A stretch of DNA of 64,000 bases from Deferribacterales bacterium (GTDB lineage Bacteria > Chrysiogenota > Deferribacteres > Deferribacterales > Geovibrionaceae), in NCBI GenBank assembly GCA_050251875.1, contig JBFWMA010000005.1:128001-192000 (forward strand). Direction: 5' to 3'. Each line of letters starts with the position of its first letter. Within the stretch, counting starts at the first letter, position 1. Both the position numbers and the translations under genes were made by a program. Below are positions 18,487 through 32,081 of the stretch, piece after piece. Below the pieces are notes generated by a model. The model made no database searches. It was not told the DNA's origin and saw only the letters and a program-made list of their open reading frames with translations.

Positions 18487-19677
18487 ATGGCTAAATCTAA
18501 ATTTGAAAGAACCAAACCCCACGTTAACGTAGGTACCATCGGCCACGTTGACCACGGTAAGACATCACTGACAGCTGCGATAACTAACATCCTTGCGAAA
18601 AAAGGATATGCTCAGTTCGTAGACTACGGCAACATCGACAAGGCACCTGAAGAGCGCGAAAGAGGTATTACCATCGCAACCGCTCACGTAGAGTATGAGT
18701 CAGACAAACGTCACTATGCTCACGTAGACTGCCCCGGTCACGCCGACTATGTAAAAAACATGATTACCGGTGCTGCCCAGATGGACGGCGCTATACTTGT
18801 TGTATCAGCAGCAGACGGTCCCATGCCCCAGACTCGTGAGCACATTCTGCTCGCCCGTCAGGTAGGCGTACCCTACATAGTAGTATTCATGAACAAAATC
18901 GACATGGTAGAAGACGAAGAACTTGTAGAGCTCGTAGAGCTTGAGATCAGAGATCTTCTTTCCGCATACGATTTCCCCGGCGATGATACACCTATCATCA
19001 AAGGATCAGCACTTAAAGCCCTTGAAGACGGCGACAACCCCCAGTGGTCACAGCCTATTCTTGATCTCGTACAGGCACTTGACGATTACATCGCCGAGCC
19101 CGAAAGAGATATAGATAAAGATTTCATCATGCCTATCGAGGACGTGTTCTCAATTTCCGGACGTGGTACAGTTGTAACCGGCCGTATCGAGCGCGGAAAA
19201 GTAAAAGTAGGTGATGAAGTTCAGATCGTAGGTATCAAAGATACACAGAAGACAACAGTAACCGGAATCGAAATGTTCCGCAAACTTCTTGATGAAGGTG
19301 TAGCGGGAGATAACGTAGGTGTCCTTGTCAGAGGTATCAAAAAAGACGATGTAGAGCGCGGACAGGTACTTGCCAAACCGGGCTCAATCACACCTCACAA
19401 GAAGTTTAAAGCTGAAGCGTACATTCTGACTAAAGAGGAAGGTGGACGTCACACACCTTTCTTCAGCGGTTACAGACCTCAGTTCTACTTCAGAACCACA
19501 GACGTAACAGGTATCATCACTCTTGCCGAAGGCGTAGAGATGGTAATGCCCGGCGATAACATCTCTTGTGATGTTGAACTTATCACACCCATCGCTATGG
19601 ACCCCGGTCTTCGCTTCGCTATCCGTGAAGGCGGCCGTACAGTAGGTGCCGGCGTGGTTGTTGAAATTACGGAGTAA
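18487..19677 (+). CDS. tuf: Elongation factor Tu (copy 1)
   Basis: [33 protein letters not shown]; start corrected to 18487. Confidence 0.99.
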   Translation: MAKSKFERTKPHVNVGTIGHVDHGKTSLTAAITNILAKKGYAQFVDYGNIDKAPEERERGITIATAHVEYESDKRHYAHVDCPGHADYVKNMITGAAQMDGAILVVSAADGPMPQTREHILLARQVGVPYIVVFMNKIDMVEDEELVELVELEIRDLLSAYDFPGDDTPIIKGSALKALEDGDNPQWSQPILDLVQALDDYIAEPERDIDKDFIMPIEDVFSISGRGTVVTGRIERGKVKVGDEVQIVGIKDTQKTTVTGIEMFRKLLDEGVAGDNVGVLVRGIKKDDVERGQVLAKPGSITPHKKFKAEAYILTKEEGGRHTPFFSGYRPQFYFRTTDVTGIITLAEGVEMVMPGDNISCDVELITPIAMDPGLRFAIREGGRTVGAGVVVEITE

Positions 19678-19681
19678 TCAA

Positions 19682-19831
19682 ATGAGAGAAAAAGTTATTC
19701 TCGCTTGCACTGAGTGCAAAGAAAGAAATTATTCTACAACCAAGAATAAAAAGACTACAACAGGCAAACTGGAGTTTATGAAGTACTGTAAAAGAGACCG
19801 TAAACATACTCTCCACAAAGAGACTAAGTAG
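19682..19831 (+). CDS. rpmG: 50S ribosomal protein L33
   Basis: [12 protein letters not shown]...NY.TTKNK...HTLHKETK. Confidence 0.97.
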   Translation: MREKVILACTECKERNYSTTKNKKTTTGKLEFMKYCKRDRKHTLHKETK

Positions 19832-19860
19832 GCTTTTTTAAGGCTTAAATTAAAGATTGC

Positions 19861-19936
19861 AGGCTAGTAGCTCAACTGGCAGAGCACCGGTCTCCAAAAC
19901 CGGGGGTTGGAAGTTCGAGTCTTCTCTGGCCTGCCA
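19861..19936 (+). tRNA. tRNA-Trp(CCA)
   Basis: CCGGT-CTCCAAA-ACCGG arm; encoded 3' CCA; canonical position before secE. Confidence 0.96.
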
Positions 19937-19961
19937 AAATATAATAAGCGGACTTAAAGAC

Positions 19962-20141
19962 ATGATCAAGTGGTCTGAGTTTTACAAAGAAGTTAAGGAA
20001 GAACTGAAAAAAGTAGTTTGGGCGACCAAAGAGTCAACCATCGGGACGACCGGTGTCGTGATCGCTATCTGTATAGTGCTCGCGGTTTTCATGGGCGTTG
20101 TTGATTTCGGACTTTCAAAACTTACTCAGTTTATATACTAG
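19962..20141 (+). CDS. secE: Preprotein translocase SecE
   Basis: EVKEELKKVVW plus single TM helix. Confidence 0.95.
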   Translation: MIKWSEFYKEVKEELKKVVWATKESTIGTTGVVIAICIVLAVFMGVVDFGLSKLTQFIY

Positions 20142-20151
20142 GTACATAAAC

Positions 20152-20676
20152 ATGGCAAAACAGTGGTATGTGGTTCACACTTATTCAGGGTTCGAGAAGC
20201 GTGTTGTCACTCTTCTTGAGGATAAGGTGAAAAATGAAAATCTTAAAGATCAGATCGATGACGTTCTGATCCCCACAGAAGATGTGGTGGAACTGAAGAA
20301 AGGCAAGAAAAAGATCAGCAAGAAGAAAACATTCCCCGGATACATACTGGTGCACATGGAGATGAACACCTCTAACTGGCATGTCGTAAAAAGCATTCCC
20401 AAGGTGACAGGCTTTGTGGGCGGAATTAGTCCCGTGCCGATCCCCGAACAGGATGTTAAGGCGATGATCGACCTCGCTAAGTCGCAGTCGCCCAGAATCG
20501 CTTCCAGATATGTGGAAGGCGATAAGGTTGAGGTCGTTGACGGACCTTTCCTCGGTTTCACAGGAACAGTGGAAGATGTCAACAGCGACAAGGAAAAAGT
20601 ACGAGTTATCGTAAGTATTTTCGGAAGACAAACACCTGTAGAACTCGATTATCTGCAGGTTAAACGAATAGGATAA
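20152..20676 (+). CDS. nusG: Transcription factor NusG
   Basis: WYVVHTYSGFE, FPGYILV, KOW domain, IFGRQTPVEL. Confidence 0.98.
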   Translation: MAKQWYVVHTYSGFEKRVVTLLEDKVKNENLKDQIDDVLIPTEDVVELKKGKKKISKKKTFPGYILVHMEMNTSNWHVVKSIPKVTGFVGGISPVPIPEQDVKAMIDLAKSQSPRIASRYVEGDKVEVVDGPFLGFTGTVEDVNSDKEKVRVIVSIFGRQTPVELDYLQVKRIG

Positions 20677-20697
20677 ACCCTAATCGGAGGTTTATAA

Positions 20698-21120
20698 ATG
20701 GCCAAGAAGATAACAGGTCAGATAAAGCTCCAGATTCCTGCGGGAAAAGCTAACCCTTCTCCCCCCGTTGGTCCCGCTCTCGGTCAGAGAGGCGTGAACA
20801 TCATGGAATTCTGCAAGGCTTTCAATGCTAAGACCCAAAACATGGGCGAATGGATAATCCCCGTGGTTATCACTGTTTACGAGGACAGATCTTTCACTTT
20901 CGTGACAAAGACTCCCCCCGTATCAGACATGATCAAGAAAGAGCTGAACATTAAATCAGGCGCTGCCAACGCTAAAAAAGACGTTGCAGGCACTCTGACT
21001 CAGGATCAGCTGAAAAAGGTCGCAGAGGCTAAAATGCCCGACCTGAACACTGCCGACATCGAGCAGGCTATGAAAATCGTAGCCGGATCAGCTCGCAGTA
21101 TGGGCGTGAAAATCAAATAA
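20698..21120 (+). CDS. rplK: 50S ribosomal protein L11
   Basis: [19 protein letters not shown]. Confidence 0.99.
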   Translation: MAKKITGQIKLQIPAGKANPSPPVGPALGQRGVNIMEFCKAFNAKTQNMGEWIIPVVITVYEDRSFTFVTKTPPVSDMIKKELNIKSGAANAKKDVAGTLTQDQLKKVAEAKMPDLNTADIEQAMKIVAGSARSMGVKIK

Positions 21121-21138
21121 TTTCTTTGAGGTGCAACA

Positions 21139-21837
21139 ATGGCTAGAGGAAAACAGTACCAGACTGCCTCAGGTAAGATTGACGCAGAAAAATCTTACGA
21201 TCTGGGAGAGGCTATCGCTCTCGCTAAGGAAGCCGCGTTCGCAAAATTTGACGAATCCATCGATATTGCTATCAACCTTGGCGTAAACCCCAAGCACGCA
21301 GATCAGATGGTTCGCGGTTCAGTTAGTCTTCCCAACGGTACAGGAAAAGACGTTAAGGTTCTCGTATTTTGTAAAGGCGAGAAGCAGAAAGAAGCCCAGG
21401 ATGCTGGCGCTGATTTCGTAGGCGACGACGAACTTATCACTAAAGTCCAAGGCGGATGGACACAATTCGACAAAGTAGTGGCGACTCCCGATCTTATGGG
21501 TCAAGTTGGTAAACTTGGTAAAGTGCTGGGACCCAGAGGTCTCATGCCTAACCCTAAAGTAGGCACAGTAACAAATGACGTTGCAAAAGTTGTGAAAGAG
21601 CTTAAAGCAGGTATGATCGAGTTCCGTGTGGACAAGGTCGGTATCATTCATACCACAGTCGGAAAGAAAAGTTTCGATGTGGAAAAACTTGAGCAAAACA
21701 TCAGAGCTCTGCTTGAAACACTCATCAAGCTGAAGCCGTCCTCAGCAAAAGGACATTATGTAAGGGGCATAGTGCTTTCAGCAACTATGGGACCCGGAGT
21801 GAAAGTTGACCATCACAAACTGGTTAACGAACTGTAA
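21139..21837 (+). CDS. rplA: 50S ribosomal protein L1
   Basis: [18 protein letters not shown]. Confidence 0.99.
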   Translation: MARGKQYQTASGKIDAEKSYDLGEAIALAKEAAFAKFDESIDIAINLGVNPKHADQMVRGSVSLPNGTGKDVKVLVFCKGEKQKEAQDAGADFVGDDELITKVQGGWTQFDKVVATPDLMGQVGKLGKVLGPRGLMPNPKVGTVTNDVAKVVKELKAGMIEFRVDKVGIIHTTVGKKSFDVEKLEQNIRALLETLIKLKPSSAKGHYVRGIVLSATMGPGVKVDHHKLVNEL

Positions 21838-21854
21838 TACGGATAATATCTGGT

Positions 21855-21904
21855 TAAAGAAGCAGGTCACGTCTGAATGGAGACGGGATAAATCCTGCGG
21901 AAAT
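21855..21904 (+). promoter_or_regulatory. Ribosomal protein L10 leader (autoregulatory RNA)
   Basis: AAGAAGCAGG...hairpin...TAAATCCTGCGGA immediately 5' of rplJ. Confidence 0.65.
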
Positions 21905-21939
21905 CGGTTGGTATATACAACCGGAAACGGAGAAACAGC

Positions 21940-22458
21940 GTGAAAAAAACTGATAAAAAAGAACTGGTTGGTGCACTTTCTGAAGAGATAAAAAGTGCTG
22001 ATGCGCTGTTCTTGGCAAACTATAAGGGCCTTACATTCCCTCAGCTTACAGCTGTTCGTGCTTCACTGAAAGCACAGGGAAGCGATTTCAAAGTAGTCAA
22101 GAACACGCTCTTGAAAATTGCCCTTCACAACAACGACATTACCGCTCTTGATGAACACATGAAAGAGCCCACAGCAGCCGCCATTGTTACTGGTGATGTT
22201 GCTGCCGCCGCTAAAGAATTTAAAAAATTCGCCAAAACCTATGATAAGTTTGTAATTAAATGCGGTTACCTCGATGGTAACGCTCTCACAGCAAACGATG
22301 TGAACACACTGGCAGACCTGCCCAGCCGTGAAGAACTGCTGGCTAAAATGCTTGGTTCCATGAATGCTCCTGTCGTCAACTTCGTATCGCTTCTTGCTAA
22401 TATTCCGAGAAGCCTGCTGAATGTCCTGAACGCTGTGAAAGATAAAAAACAGAATTGA
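21940..22458 (+). CDS. rplJ: 50S ribosomal protein L10
   Basis: [23 protein letters not shown] start. Confidence 0.98.
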   Translation: MKKTDKKELVGALSEEIKSADALFLANYKGLTFPQLTAVRASLKAQGSDFKVVKNTLLKIALHNNDITALDEHMKEPTAAAIVTGDVAAAAKEFKKFAKTYDKFVIKCGYLDGNALTANDVNTLADLPSREELLAKMLGSMNAPVVNFVSLLANIPRSLLNVLNAVKDKKQN

Positions 22459-22472
22459 TGGAGGAGTTACAA

Positions 22473-22853
22473 ATGTCTGTAACAAAAGAACAAGTAGTTG
22501 AATTTATCGAGAAAATGACTGTAATCGAACTTGCTGATTTCGTAAAAGAACTTGAAGACAAGTTCGGCGTATCTGCCGCTGCTCCCGTAGCCGCTGTTGC
22601 CGCAGCTCCCGCTGCCGGTGGCGCTGCCGCTGCTGAAGAGCAAACAGAGTTCACAGTAATCATCGCTTCCGGCGGTGACAAAAAAGTTCAGGTTATCAAA
22701 GTTGTACGTGAACTTACAGGTCTTGGTCTTAAAGAGGCTAAAGCTGTTGTTGACGAAGCTCCGAAACCTGTTAAAGAAGGCGTTTCTAAAGAAGAAGCAG
22801 CTTCTATCAAAGCTAAACTTGAAGAAGCAGGCGCTACAGTCGAAGTTAAGTAA
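22473..22853 (+). CDS. rplL: 50S ribosomal protein L7/L12
   Basis: [24 protein letters not shown]. Confidence 0.99.
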   Translation: MSVTKEQVVEFIEKMTVIELADFVKELEDKFGVSAAAPVAAVAAAPAAGGAAAAEEQTEFTVIIASGGDKKVQVIKVVRELTGLGLKEAKAVVDEAPKPVKEGVSKEEAASIKAKLEEAGATVEVK

Positions 22854-22889
22854 TTTTTATAAATTACTGATAATTAAGCAATCCTTAAA

Positions 22890-22916
22890 TGGGGGAGCAC
22901 AGCTCCCCCCTCTTTC
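22890..22916 (+). terminator. Hairpin/attenuator between rplL and rpoB
   Basis: GGGGGAGC-aca-GCTCCCCC followed by CTCTTT. Confidence 0.55.
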
Positions 22917-22943
22917 GTTAAAAATTACCGGAAGGTGAAACGA

Positions 22944-25900
22944 ATGAATTTGACCAGCAAACCCACCGTGAGACGCAATTTTTCCAGAATCAATAAAGTT
23001 ATTGATATTCCGGATCTCATCGAGGTTCAGAAAGACTCCTATGTCGATTTTCTTCAGGAGAACGCCGGGCCCGATCAAAGAGCTCTTAGAGGACTTGAAG
23101 AAGTTTTCAGGGAGATCTTCCCCATCACCGATTTCAATGAGACAGCGGTGCTGGAGTATATAAGCTATACAATTGAAAAGCATAAATATACCCCTTCAGA
23201 AGCCATTGACAGAAGTACAACATACGCAGCCCCTCTTAAAATCAAAGTAAGGCTGGTAACTTATGATGTCAATGAGGAAACAGGCGAAAAATCAGTGGTT
23301 TCTGCAAAGGAATCAGAGGTTTATCTCTGTGACATTCCTCTGATGACTGACAGAGGTACATTTGTTATCAATGGTGTTGAAAGGGTTATAGTTAACCAGC
23401 TCCACAGATCCCCCGGGATCTTTTTTGAGGACCTGACTTCCTCAAAAGGAGTTATAGAGAAACACCTGTTCAGCGCGAGAATTATCCCTTACAGGGGTTC
23501 ATGGATAGATTTTGATTTTGATTCCAAGAACATCATGTATGTGCGTATCGATAAGAAACGCAAGATACCCTCAACTGTCCTTCTGAAAGCTCTAGGATAT
23601 TCCGAAAACGATATCCTTGAGATGTACTATACAAAAGAGCACATCTTCTTTGAAGACCGCAAAATGTATAAGACATACAACGAAGACATCGTTCTCGGTC
23701 TCAGAAACAGTCTGGATATCGTGGACGCTGAAGGCAACGTAATTGTCAAAGCGGGTCACAAAATTACTAAAGCATCCAGAAAAAGAATCACCAAAGCAGA
23801 GATCACAAGGCTCCCCGTCACATTCGAGGACATTGAGCACACATTCTTTGCCGAGGACATAGTGGACGCTGACGGTGAAGTGCTGATAGAAGCAAACTCA
23901 CCCGTTACACCTGAGTCTTTTGAGAAGGTTCAGGAGAACAACGTCAACGAATTTAAAGTTCTGTTCATCGACAGAATGACTTCCGACAGCGTTATGAGAG
24001 ATATCCTGGCGGCCGACAAGGTTAAGACTCAGGAAGAGGCTCTCATTGATATATATAAAAAGCTGCGTCCCGGCGAACCCGCCACAGAGGAAACCGCCAG
24101 AACGCTTTTCGACAACCTTTTCTTTAACCCGAAAAGATATGACCTCTCTAAAGTAGGTCGTCTGAAAATCAACAAAAGACTCGGTCTTGCTGTTGATCTG
24201 GATACCACTACTCTTACAAAAGAGGACATAGTGGAAACCATCAGGGTTCTGGAAAACATCCGTAAAGGTCTCGACCGTGTGGACGATATCGACCACCTGG
24301 GACACAGAAGGGTGAGAGCGGCAGGCGAGCAGCTTCAGAACCATATCCGTATCGGTCTGGCCAGAATGGAGAAAACCGTTAAGGAGAGAATGTCCATACA
24401 GGATGTTGAAGACCTGACACCTCAGGATCTGCTTAACGCCAAACCTCTTTCTGCCTCCATAAAAGAATTTTTCGGAAGCTACCAGCTTTCACAGTTCATG
24501 GATCAGACAAACCCCCTGAGCGAGATCACTCACAAGAGACGTCTCTCCGCTCTGGGACCCGGAGGTCTGAACCGTGACAGAGCCGGCTTTGAGGTTCGTG
24601 ACGTACATACATCTCACTACGGCAGAATATGTCCCATTGAGACACCTGAAGGACCTAACATCGGTCTTATCACATCTCTGACAACCTATGCCAAAGTGAA
24701 CGAATTCGGCTTTATCGAAACACCTTACAGAAAAGTAAACAACTGTGTTGTTTCAGCAGACGTTGTTTACATGTCCGCTATCGAAGAGGAAGACTATTTC
24801 ATAGCTCAGGCTAACGCCCTTCTGAAAGAGGACAACTCATTTGTAAATGATTTCGTTGCTGCCCGTCATGAGGGCGAGCCCCTGATGACAGCGAAAGAGA
24901 GCATCCAGTTCATGGATATTTCTCCCAAGCAGATAGTGTCTGTTTCAGCCGCTCTTATTCCTTTCCTGGAGCATGACGATGCCAACCGTGCGCTGATGGG
25001 ATCAAACATGCAGCGTCAGGGTGTTCCGCTTATCCGCACCGACTCCCCCATAGTGGGAACAGGTCTGGAAGGCAAGGTAGCCGTTGACTCCGGAGCTGTA
25101 ATAACAGCCAAGAGAGCCGGTGTAATAGAATATGTAGACTCTACAAAGATCGCTGTGCGCTACACAGACGGAGACGATTTCGGTCTGGACGTTTACGATC
25201 TTGTAAAATACAGAAGATCCAACCAGGACACATGCATCAACTTCAAACCTATCGCCGCTCCCGGACAGAAGGTTGAGGTCGGTACAATGCTTGCCGGCGG
25301 CCCCGCCACAGATAACGGCGAGCTGGCTCTCGGTCAGAACATGACCGTAGCGTTCATGCCCTGGATGGGTTACAACTATGAGGACTCCATCCTTATATCT
25401 GAGAGAGTTGTTCGTGAGGACAGATACACATCTATCCACATCGAGGAATTCGAGATTGAGGCCAGAGACACAAAACTCGGACCCGAAGAGATCACAGCGG
25501 ATATCCCCAACGTCTCTGACGAGGCTCTTAAAAACCTCGATGAGTCAGGTATCATCCGTATCGGCGCCAGAGTAAAACCCAGAGACATCCTCGTTGGTAA
25601 AGTGACTCCCAAAGGCGAGACACAGGCAACACCCGAAGAAAAACTCCTCAGAGCCATCTTCGGCGAGAAAGCGGGCGATGTTAAAGACGCTTCCCTTAGA
25701 GTTCCGCCTTCAATCACAGGTACAGTCGTTGACGTTCAGGTGATGACAAGAAGAGGAATCGACAAGGACACAAGAACAGAAGCGATAGAGAAAGAGGAAT
25801 ATGAGTCAATTCAGACGGATTACGAAAGAGAGCTGAAAGCCCTCGAGAAATCCAGAAATGAAAAAGTGGCTGAGTTCCTCATCGGCAAAAAACTCAAAGA

Positions 25901-26930
25901 CGCTTATTCCGCAAACGGCAAGGAGCTTGCCTCCGGAACTGAGCTGACAGAAGAAGTGCTGAAAACTCTCGCTTATACAGACTATATCCAGATAGACATA
26001 GCCGAGGCTAAAGACTTTGAAAATCATGTCAAAAAAGTCAACGCTGTCTATTTCGAAAAAGTTAAAGACGCAGACGACTACTACAGAGATAAAAAACGCA
26101 AAGTGGAAAAAGGCGATGAGCTTCCCGCCGGTGTTCTGAAATCTGTAAAAGTTTATGTAGCTATAAAAAGAAAGCTCTCCGTGGGCGATAAAATGGCCGG
26201 ACGCCACGGTAACAAGGGTGTTGTTTCAAGAATCCTGCCCGCCGAAGATATGCCCTATCTTCCGGACGGTACACCCGTTGACCTTGTGCTGAACCCCCTT
26301 TCAGTACCTTCCCGTATGAACGTTGGACAGGTTCTGGAGGTTCACCTCGGCTGGGCGGCTAAGGCTCTTGGTCTTAAAGTCGCTACAGAAGTTTTTGACG
26401 GCGCCCGTGAGTCAGACATCAAAGAAATGCTCGAAAAAGCAGGATATCAGTCAGACGGACAGACAGTCCTTTATGACGGAAGAACCGGCGAAAGATTCGA
26501 GCAGGAAGTTACTGTAGGCGTTATGTACTACCTGAAACTTCACCACCTTGTGGATACCAAGCTGCACGCTCGTTCCACCGGTCCTTACTCTCTGGTTACT
26601 CAGCAGCCTCTGGGCGGTAAAGCTCAGTTCGGCGGACAGAGACTTGGAGAGATGGAGGTCTGGGCTCTTGAGGCATACGGCGCGGCTAACATTCTGCAAG
26701 AGATGCTGACTGTTAAATCTGATGACGTGGAAGGACGTACAACTGTTTACGAAGCTATCGTAAACGGAAACTTCTCTTTCAGCCCCAGCATGCCTGAGTC
26801 ATTCAACGTTCTTATTAAAGAACTTCAGGGTCTGGCTCTTGACATAGAACTTTTGACATCCAATGAAGACGGAATCATCGAGCTTCCTGAGGATGCGATT
26901 ACCGAAGAAGACACTATGGAGGACTCATAA
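22944..26930 (+). CDS. rpoB: RNA polymerase beta subunit
   Basis: [43 protein letters not shown] 22944 preferred (SD), GTG 22935 alternative. Confidence 0.99.
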   Translation: MNLTSKPTVRRNFSRINKVIDIPDLIEVQKDSYVDFLQENAGPDQRALRGLEEVFREIFPITDFNETAVLEYISYTIEKHKYTPSEAIDRSTTYAAPLKIKVRLVTYDVNEETGEKSVVSAKESEVYLCDIPLMTDRGTFVINGVERVIVNQLHRSPGIFFEDLTSSKGVIEKHLFSARIIPYRGSWIDFDFDSKNIMYVRIDKKRKIPSTVLLKALGYSENDILEMYYTKEHIFFEDRKMYKTYNEDIVLGLRNSLDIVDAEGNVIVKAGHKITKASRKRITKAEITRLPVTFEDIEHTFFAEDIVDADGEVLIEANSPVTPESFEKVQENNVNEFKVLFIDRMTSDSVMRDILAADKVKTQEEALIDIYKKLRPGEPATEETARTLFDNLFFNPKRYDLSKVGRLKINKRLGLAVDLDTTTLTKEDIVETIRVLENIRKGLDRVDDIDHLGHRRVRAAGEQLQNHIRIGLARMEKTVKERMSIQDVEDLTPQDLLNAKPLSASIKEFFGSYQLSQFMDQTNPLSEITHKRRLSALGPGGLNRDRAGFEVRDVHTSHYGRICPIETPEGPNIGLITSLTTYAKVNEFGFIETPYRKVNNCVVSADVVYMSAIEEEDYFIAQANALLKEDNSFVNDFVAARHEGEPLMTAKESIQFMDISPKQIVSVSAALIPFLEHDDANRALMGSNMQRQGVPLIRTDSPIVGTGLEGKVAVDSGAVITAKRAGVIEYVDSTKIAVRYTDGDDFGLDVYDLVKYRRSNQDTCINFKPIAAPGQKVEVGTMLAGGPATDNGELALGQNMTVAFMPWMGYNYEDSILISERVVREDRYTSIHIEEFEIEARDTKLGPEEITADIPNVSDEALKNLDESGIIRIGARVKPRDILVGKVTPKGETQATPEEKLLRAIFGEKAGDVKDASLRVPPSITGTVVDVQVMTRRGIDKDTRTEAIEKEEYESIQTDYERELKALEKSRNEKVAEFLIGKKLKDAYSANGKELASGTELTEEVLKTLAYTDYIQIDIAEAKDFENHVKKVNAVYFEKVKDADDYYRDKKRKVEKGDELPAGVLKSVKVYVAIKRKLSVGDKMAGRHGNKGVVSRILPAEDMPYLPDGTPVDLVLNPLSVPSRMNVGQVLEVHLGWAAKALGLKVATEVFDGARESDIKEMLEKAGYQSDGQTVLYDGRTGERFEQEVTVGVMYYLKLHHLVDTKLHARSTGPYSLVTQQPLGGKAQFGGQRLGEMEVWALEAYGAANILQEMLTVKSDDVEGRTTVYEAIVNGNFSFSPSMPESFNVLIKELQGLALDIELLTSNEDGIIELPEDAITEEDTMEDS

Positions 26931-29900
26931 TGGATAAAGTGAGTACCTTATTTGATAACAAAAAAGAAAAGTTTTTCGATGCTATCAGAATTAAGATAGC
27001 GTCACCCGAGAAGATACTTGAGTGGTCATCCGGCGAGGTAACCAAGCCCGAGACCATCAACTATCGTACGTTCAAACCCGAGCGTGACGGTCTTTTCTGC
27101 GCAAAAATCTTCGGACCTGTAAAGGACTGGGAGTGTCTCTGCGGTAAATACAAACGTATGAAACACAGAGGCATAGTGTGCGAAAAGTGCGGTGTTGAGG
27201 TTATCCAGTCAAAAGTAAGACGTGAGAGAATGGGTCACATCGACCTGGCATCACCCGTCTGCCATATCTGGTTCTTCAAAGGCACACCTAGCCGTATCGG
27301 TTCCATACTTGACCTGTCTATCAAAGACATCGAAAGAATCATCTATTTCGAGTCATACATTGTGACAGAGCCTAAGGCGACAGCTCTGAAAGAGAGAGAG
27401 CTGCTGACTGAAGACAGATACAGAAAACTTATAGAAGAACTCGGACCCAACGCTTTCGAAGCGAAGATAGGCGCCGAGGCTATCAAAGATCTGCTGAAAA
27501 AAGTTGATCTCGATATCCTGCTTATCGAACTGAAAGAGGAGCTGAGAGACACAACCAGCATGCAGAAAAAAATGAAGCTGGCGAAACGTCTCCGTGTGGT
27601 CGAGGCATTCCGCAAATCAGGTAACAGACCCGAGTGGATGATTCTGGACGTACTGCCCGTAATCCCGCCCGAGCTGAGACCCCTTGTTCCTCTGGATGGC
27701 GGCAGATTTGCCACATCCGACCTGAACGACCTTTACAGAAGGGTTATCAACAGGAACAACCGTCTTAAAAAACTGATGGAGCTCAACGCCCCTGAAATCA
27801 TCATACGCAACGAAAAACGTATGCTTCAGGAAGCCGTGGACGCTCTGTTTGATAACGGACGCCGTGGCAGAGTAATCAGAAGCTCTAACAAGCGTCCTCT
27901 TAAATCTCTGTCCGACATGATTAAAGGTAAGCAGGGACGTTTCCGTCAGAACCTTCTTGGTAAGAGGGTCGACTACTCAGGACGTTCCGTTATCGTTGCC
28001 GGACCCAGCCTTAACATGCACCAGTGCGGTATCCCCAAGATAATGGCGCTGGAGCTGTTCAAACCTTTCCTGTACTACAAACTGGAAAAGGAGAGAGGAA
28101 TAGCGTCCACCATTAAACAGGCTAAAAAGATGGTGGAAGAGCAGAGACCCGAGGTTTGGGACGTTCTGGAAGAGGTTATCAGGGAACACCCTGTAATGCT
28201 CAACCGTGCTCCTACCCTTCACAGACTCGGTATTCAGGCTTTCGAGCCCGTTCTTATCGAGGGTAAGGCTATCCGTCTGCACCCCCTTGTTTGTCCCGCT
28301 TTCAACGCGGACTTCGACGGCGACCAGATGGCTGTTCACGTTCCTCTGTCATACGAAGCGCAGCTTGAGGCGCGCACACTGATGCTGGCGCCTTATAACA
28401 TACTTTCTCCTGCTAACGGCAAGCCTCTGGCGACACCCACACAGGATATGGTTCTCGGTATCTACTATCTCTCCAGAGAGATGAGAAACGCCAAGGGAGC
28501 CGGAAAGATATTCTCCAGCCCTGAAGAGGTCATGATAGCTCTTGACCACAAACAGGTGGATCTGCACGCAGAAGTGAAAGTGCGTATTAAAGGCAAAATA
28601 TATGACACCATCCCCGGAAGGATCATCCTTTACGGTATCGTTCCCGAAGGAATGGAGTTCGATGTCGTTAACCGCATCTTCACCAAAAAAGATATCGTGA
28701 ACCTTGTCGACACAGTTTACAAGAGACTGGGCAACTTCCATACCGTTCAGTTCCTTGACAACCTGAAGAACCTCGGTTTCCGTTACGCCGCCACAGCGGG
28801 CTTCTCAATATGTATAGACGACCTCATCATCCCCGATGAAAAACCCGAGCTGATCGCTCAGGCGCACGCAAAAGTCCGGGAGATCGATGAGCACTACCGT
28901 GAGGGTGCCCTGACAGCAGGCGAGCGTTACAACCAGATCATCGATACATGGTCTACAACCAACGACACCATCACCGATAAACTGATGAAAACCATTCAGA
29001 CTATCGGCGGCGATAAATCCAAGACCGAGAAACGTGAGCGTTTCTACAACCCTATCTACATCATGGCGCACTCAGGTGCGAGGGGTTCTAAGGCGCAGAT
29101 ATCACAGCTTGCCGGTATGAGGGGTCTGATGGCTAAACCTTCAGGCGAGATCATCGAGACACCTATTACGGCTAACTTCCGTGAGGGACTTACTGTGTCA
29201 CAGTACTTCATCTCTACTCACGGTGCCCGTAAAGGTCTTGCGGATACGGCTCTTAAAACAGCGAACTCAGGCTATCTGACAAGACGTCTTGTGGACGTTG
29301 CTCAGGACGTCATCATCTCTGAGGATGACTGCCATACTATCAAGGGTATTGAGATTTCAGCCCTGATGGAAGGATCTGAAGTTGTTGAACCTCTTGGCGA
29401 GCGTATCTACGGCCGTTATACACTGGAAGATATTTTCGACTCAGTGTCAGACGAGCTGATAGTTGAGGCTAACAGCCTTATAACAGAAGAAATAGTAAAC
29501 AAAATAGAGCAGGCGGGTATCGACAGAGTGAAAGTTCGCTCCATCCTTACCTGTGAGGCTAAACACGGCGCTTGCCGCATGTGTTACGGTCTCGACCTTG
29601 CCACCAGACGCGAAGTGGAAACAGGCGAAGCGGTGGGTATCATCGCTGCCCAGTCAATCGGTGAGCCCGGTACACAGCTTACCATGAGAACTTTCCACAT
29701 CGGTGGTGCGGCTTCATCATCCGCTGAACAGTCAAGCCTTAACGCCAAAATAGGCGGTAAAATCCAGACTGAGGATATGAAGATCGTGGACAACAGATAC
29801 GGCGAGCCCACAGTGCTTAACCGTAACGGTCTGCTGAAAATTCTCGACCCCGAAGGACGTGTTCTTGAGAAATACAACATCTCCTACGGTACAAAACTCC

Positions 29901-30997
29901 ATGTGAAAGACGGCACCTCTGTTAAACAGGGCGAGCTGATAGCTGAGTGGGATCCCTATGCGGCTGTGATCATGACCGAATATAAAGGTCATGTAGCTTT
30001 TGGAGATATTGTTGAAGGCGAGACACTGAAAGAGGACATCGACCAGATTACTGGTCTGTCACAGAAAGTAATCATCAGCAACACCAGAGGCAGAAAACAG
30101 CCCCGCATCTCTATCAAAAACGAAGAGAACAAAACCATCCAGAGATATATCCTCCCCGTGGGAGCGAACATCATGGTGGAAGAGGGCGCAGAAGTTATGC
30201 CCGGTGATATAGTGGCTAAGATCCCCAGAGACACACAGAAGACAAAAGATATTACTGTCGGTCTTCCCAGGGTCGCTGAGCTGTTCGAAGCCAGAAAACC
30301 CAAAGATCCGGCTGTTATCGCCGAGATCGATGGTATCGTGAGCATAGAGAACACAGCGCGTGGTCTTAGAAAACTCACAATCACCAACGAAGAAACAGGT
30401 GTTAAAAAGAGCTACAGCATCTCTGTACAGAGATACATCAACGTTCATGACGGCGACAGAATCAAAGCGGGCGAGGCTCTCATCGATGGTCTCATCAACC
30501 CCCACGATATTCTTGCCGTACTGGGCGAGGAAGCTCTGCAAAGATACCTTGTGGATGAAATCCAGGAAGTTTACCGTAAGCAGGGTGTTCATATCAACGA
30601 CAAACACATCGAGGTCATCGTACGTCAGATGCTGAAAAAGATCGTGATAGAGGAAGCCGGAGATTCTATCTTCATGCCTAACGAAGAGGTTTACAAATCC
30701 GAATTCGTGGCGACATATGAAGAGATGATGAGAAAAGGTCTGAGACCGCCTCAGGGACGTGCTGTTCTTCAGGGTATCACAAAAGCCGCTCTGAACACAC
30801 ACAGCTTCATCTCCGCCGCTTCATTCCAGGAGACCACAAGAGTTCTTACAGACGCCGCTTGCTCCGGTAAGATGGACGAGCTGAGAGGTCTGAAAGAGAA
30901 CGTAATTATGGGTAAACTGATACCAGCGGGTACCGGTTCCAAGCACATCATTTCTCCCAGATATAACTTTATCAAGGGCGAAAAGCAGGAAAGCTGA
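26930..30997 (+). CDS. rpoC: RNA polymerase beta' subunit
   Basis: NADFDGD catalytic motif, N-terminal Zn finger. Confidence 0.99.
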   Translation: MDKVSTLFDNKKEKFFDAIRIKIASPEKILEWSSGEVTKPETINYRTFKPERDGLFCAKIFGPVKDWECLCGKYKRMKHRGIVCEKCGVEVIQSKVRRERMGHIDLASPVCHIWFFKGTPSRIGSILDLSIKDIERIIYFESYIVTEPKATALKERELLTEDRYRKLIEELGPNAFEAKIGAEAIKDLLKKVDLDILLIELKEELRDTTSMQKKMKLAKRLRVVEAFRKSGNRPEWMILDVLPVIPPELRPLVPLDGGRFATSDLNDLYRRVINRNNRLKKLMELNAPEIIIRNEKRMLQEAVDALFDNGRRGRVIRSSNKRPLKSLSDMIKGKQGRFRQNLLGKRVDYSGRSVIVAGPSLNMHQCGIPKIMALELFKPFLYYKLEKERGIASTIKQAKKMVEEQRPEVWDVLEEVIREHPVMLNRAPTLHRLGIQAFEPVLIEGKAIRLHPLVCPAFNADFDGDQMAVHVPLSYEAQLEARTLMLAPYNILSPANGKPLATPTQDMVLGIYYLSREMRNAKGAGKIFSSPEEVMIALDHKQVDLHAEVKVRIKGKIYDTIPGRIILYGIVPEGMEFDVVNRIFTKKDIVNLVDTVYKRLGNFHTVQFLDNLKNLGFRYAATAGFSICIDDLIIPDEKPELIAQAHAKVREIDEHYREGALTAGERYNQIIDTWSTTNDTITDKLMKTIQTIGGDKSKTEKRERFYNPIYIMAHSGARGSKAQISQLAGMRGLMAKPSGEIIETPITANFREGLTVSQYFISTHGARKGLADTALKTANSGYLTRRLVDVAQDVIISEDDCHTIKGIEISALMEGSEVVEPLGERIYGRYTLEDIFDSVSDELIVEANSLITEEIVNKIEQAGIDRVKVRSILTCEAKHGACRMCYGLDLATRREVETGEAVGIIAAQSIGEPGTQLTMRTFHIGGAASSSAEQSSLNAKIGGKIQTEDMKIVDNRYGEPTVLNRNGLLKILDPEGRVLEKYNISYGTKLHVKDGTSVKQGELIAEWDPYAAVIMTEYKGHVAFGDIVEGETLKEDIDQITGLSQKVIISNTRGRKQPRISIKNEENKTIQRYILPVGANIMVEEGAEVMPGDIVAKIPRDTQKTKDITVGLPRVAELFEARKPKDPAVIAEIDGIVSIENTARGLRKLTITNEETGVKKSYSISVQRYINVHDGDRIKAGEALIDGLINPHDILAVLGEEALQRYLVDEIQEVYRKQGVHINDKHIEVIVRQMLKKIVIEEAGDSIFMPNEEVYKSEFVATYEEMMRKGLRPPQGRAVLQGITKAALNTHSFISAASFQETTRVLTDAACSGKMDELRGLKENVIMGKLIPAGTGSKHIISPRYNFIKGEKQES

Positions 30998-31003
30998 TAT
31001 AAA

Positions 31004-31038
31004 TAAGGGGGCATTTTTATGCCCCCTCTTTTTTCTTT
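31004..31038 (+). terminator. Intrinsic terminator after rpoC
   Basis: AGGGGGCAT-tttt-ATGCCCCCT followed by T-tract. Confidence 0.85.
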
Positions 31039-31078
31039 CGATAAACATAATCATGACATTCTCCTGAAAATATAATTC

Positions 31079-31107
31079 TTGACATTCTTCCTTTCACTTG
31101 TTAGTGT
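31079..31107 (+). promoter_or_regulatory. sigma70 promoter of str operon
   Basis: TTGACA-N17-TAGTGT. Confidence 0.6.
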
Positions 31108-31207
31108 GTTTGCTCTTCGCCTGATACAGGTGCGTCCTTTTGCGCTCAAAATCCGCAACTGACGCAGGTAATAGATACTCGAAGCAAATATTAAAGGAGG
31201 TGCGAAG

Positions 31208-31579
31208 TTGCCTACACTTAATCAGCTGGTTCGCAAAGGCAGAAAAAAACCTGTTGAAAAGACAAAATCGCCCGCCCTTCAAGGTAACCCTCAGAAAAGA
31301 GGAGTATGTACAAGGGTTTATACAACTACACCTAAGAAACCTAACTCGGCTCTTAGAAAAGTTGCAAGGGTGAGACTCACATCCGGGATCGAAGTAACTG
31401 CTTATATCCCCGGTATCGGCCACAATCTTCAGGAGCACTCAGTTGTTCTTGTCAGAGGCGGCAGGGTAAAAGACCTTCCCGGTGTTCGTTATAAGATCAT
31501 CAGAGGAGCTCTTGACGCTGAAGGCGTGAAAAACAGAAAGAAAAGCCGCTCAAAATACGGCGCTAAAAGACCTAAGTAA
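31208..31579 (+). CDS. rpsL: 30S ribosomal protein S12
   Basis: [23 protein letters not shown] start with GGAGG SD. Confidence 0.99.
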   Translation: MPTLNQLVRKGRKKPVEKTKSPALQGNPQKRGVCTRVYTTTPKKPNSALRKVARVRLTSGIEVTAYIPGIGHNLQEHSVVLVRGGRVKDLPGVRYKIIRGALDAEGVKNRKKSRSKYGAKRPK

Positions 31580-31592
31580 TAGGTAAAGGTGA

Positions 31593-32069
<477 letters not shown>

Positions 32070-32081
32070 CGGAGGCTCTTA

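Noticed and set aside
31208..31579. Streptomycin-resistance alleles in rpsL
   Set aside because: PKKPNS and RVKDLP motifs are wild type
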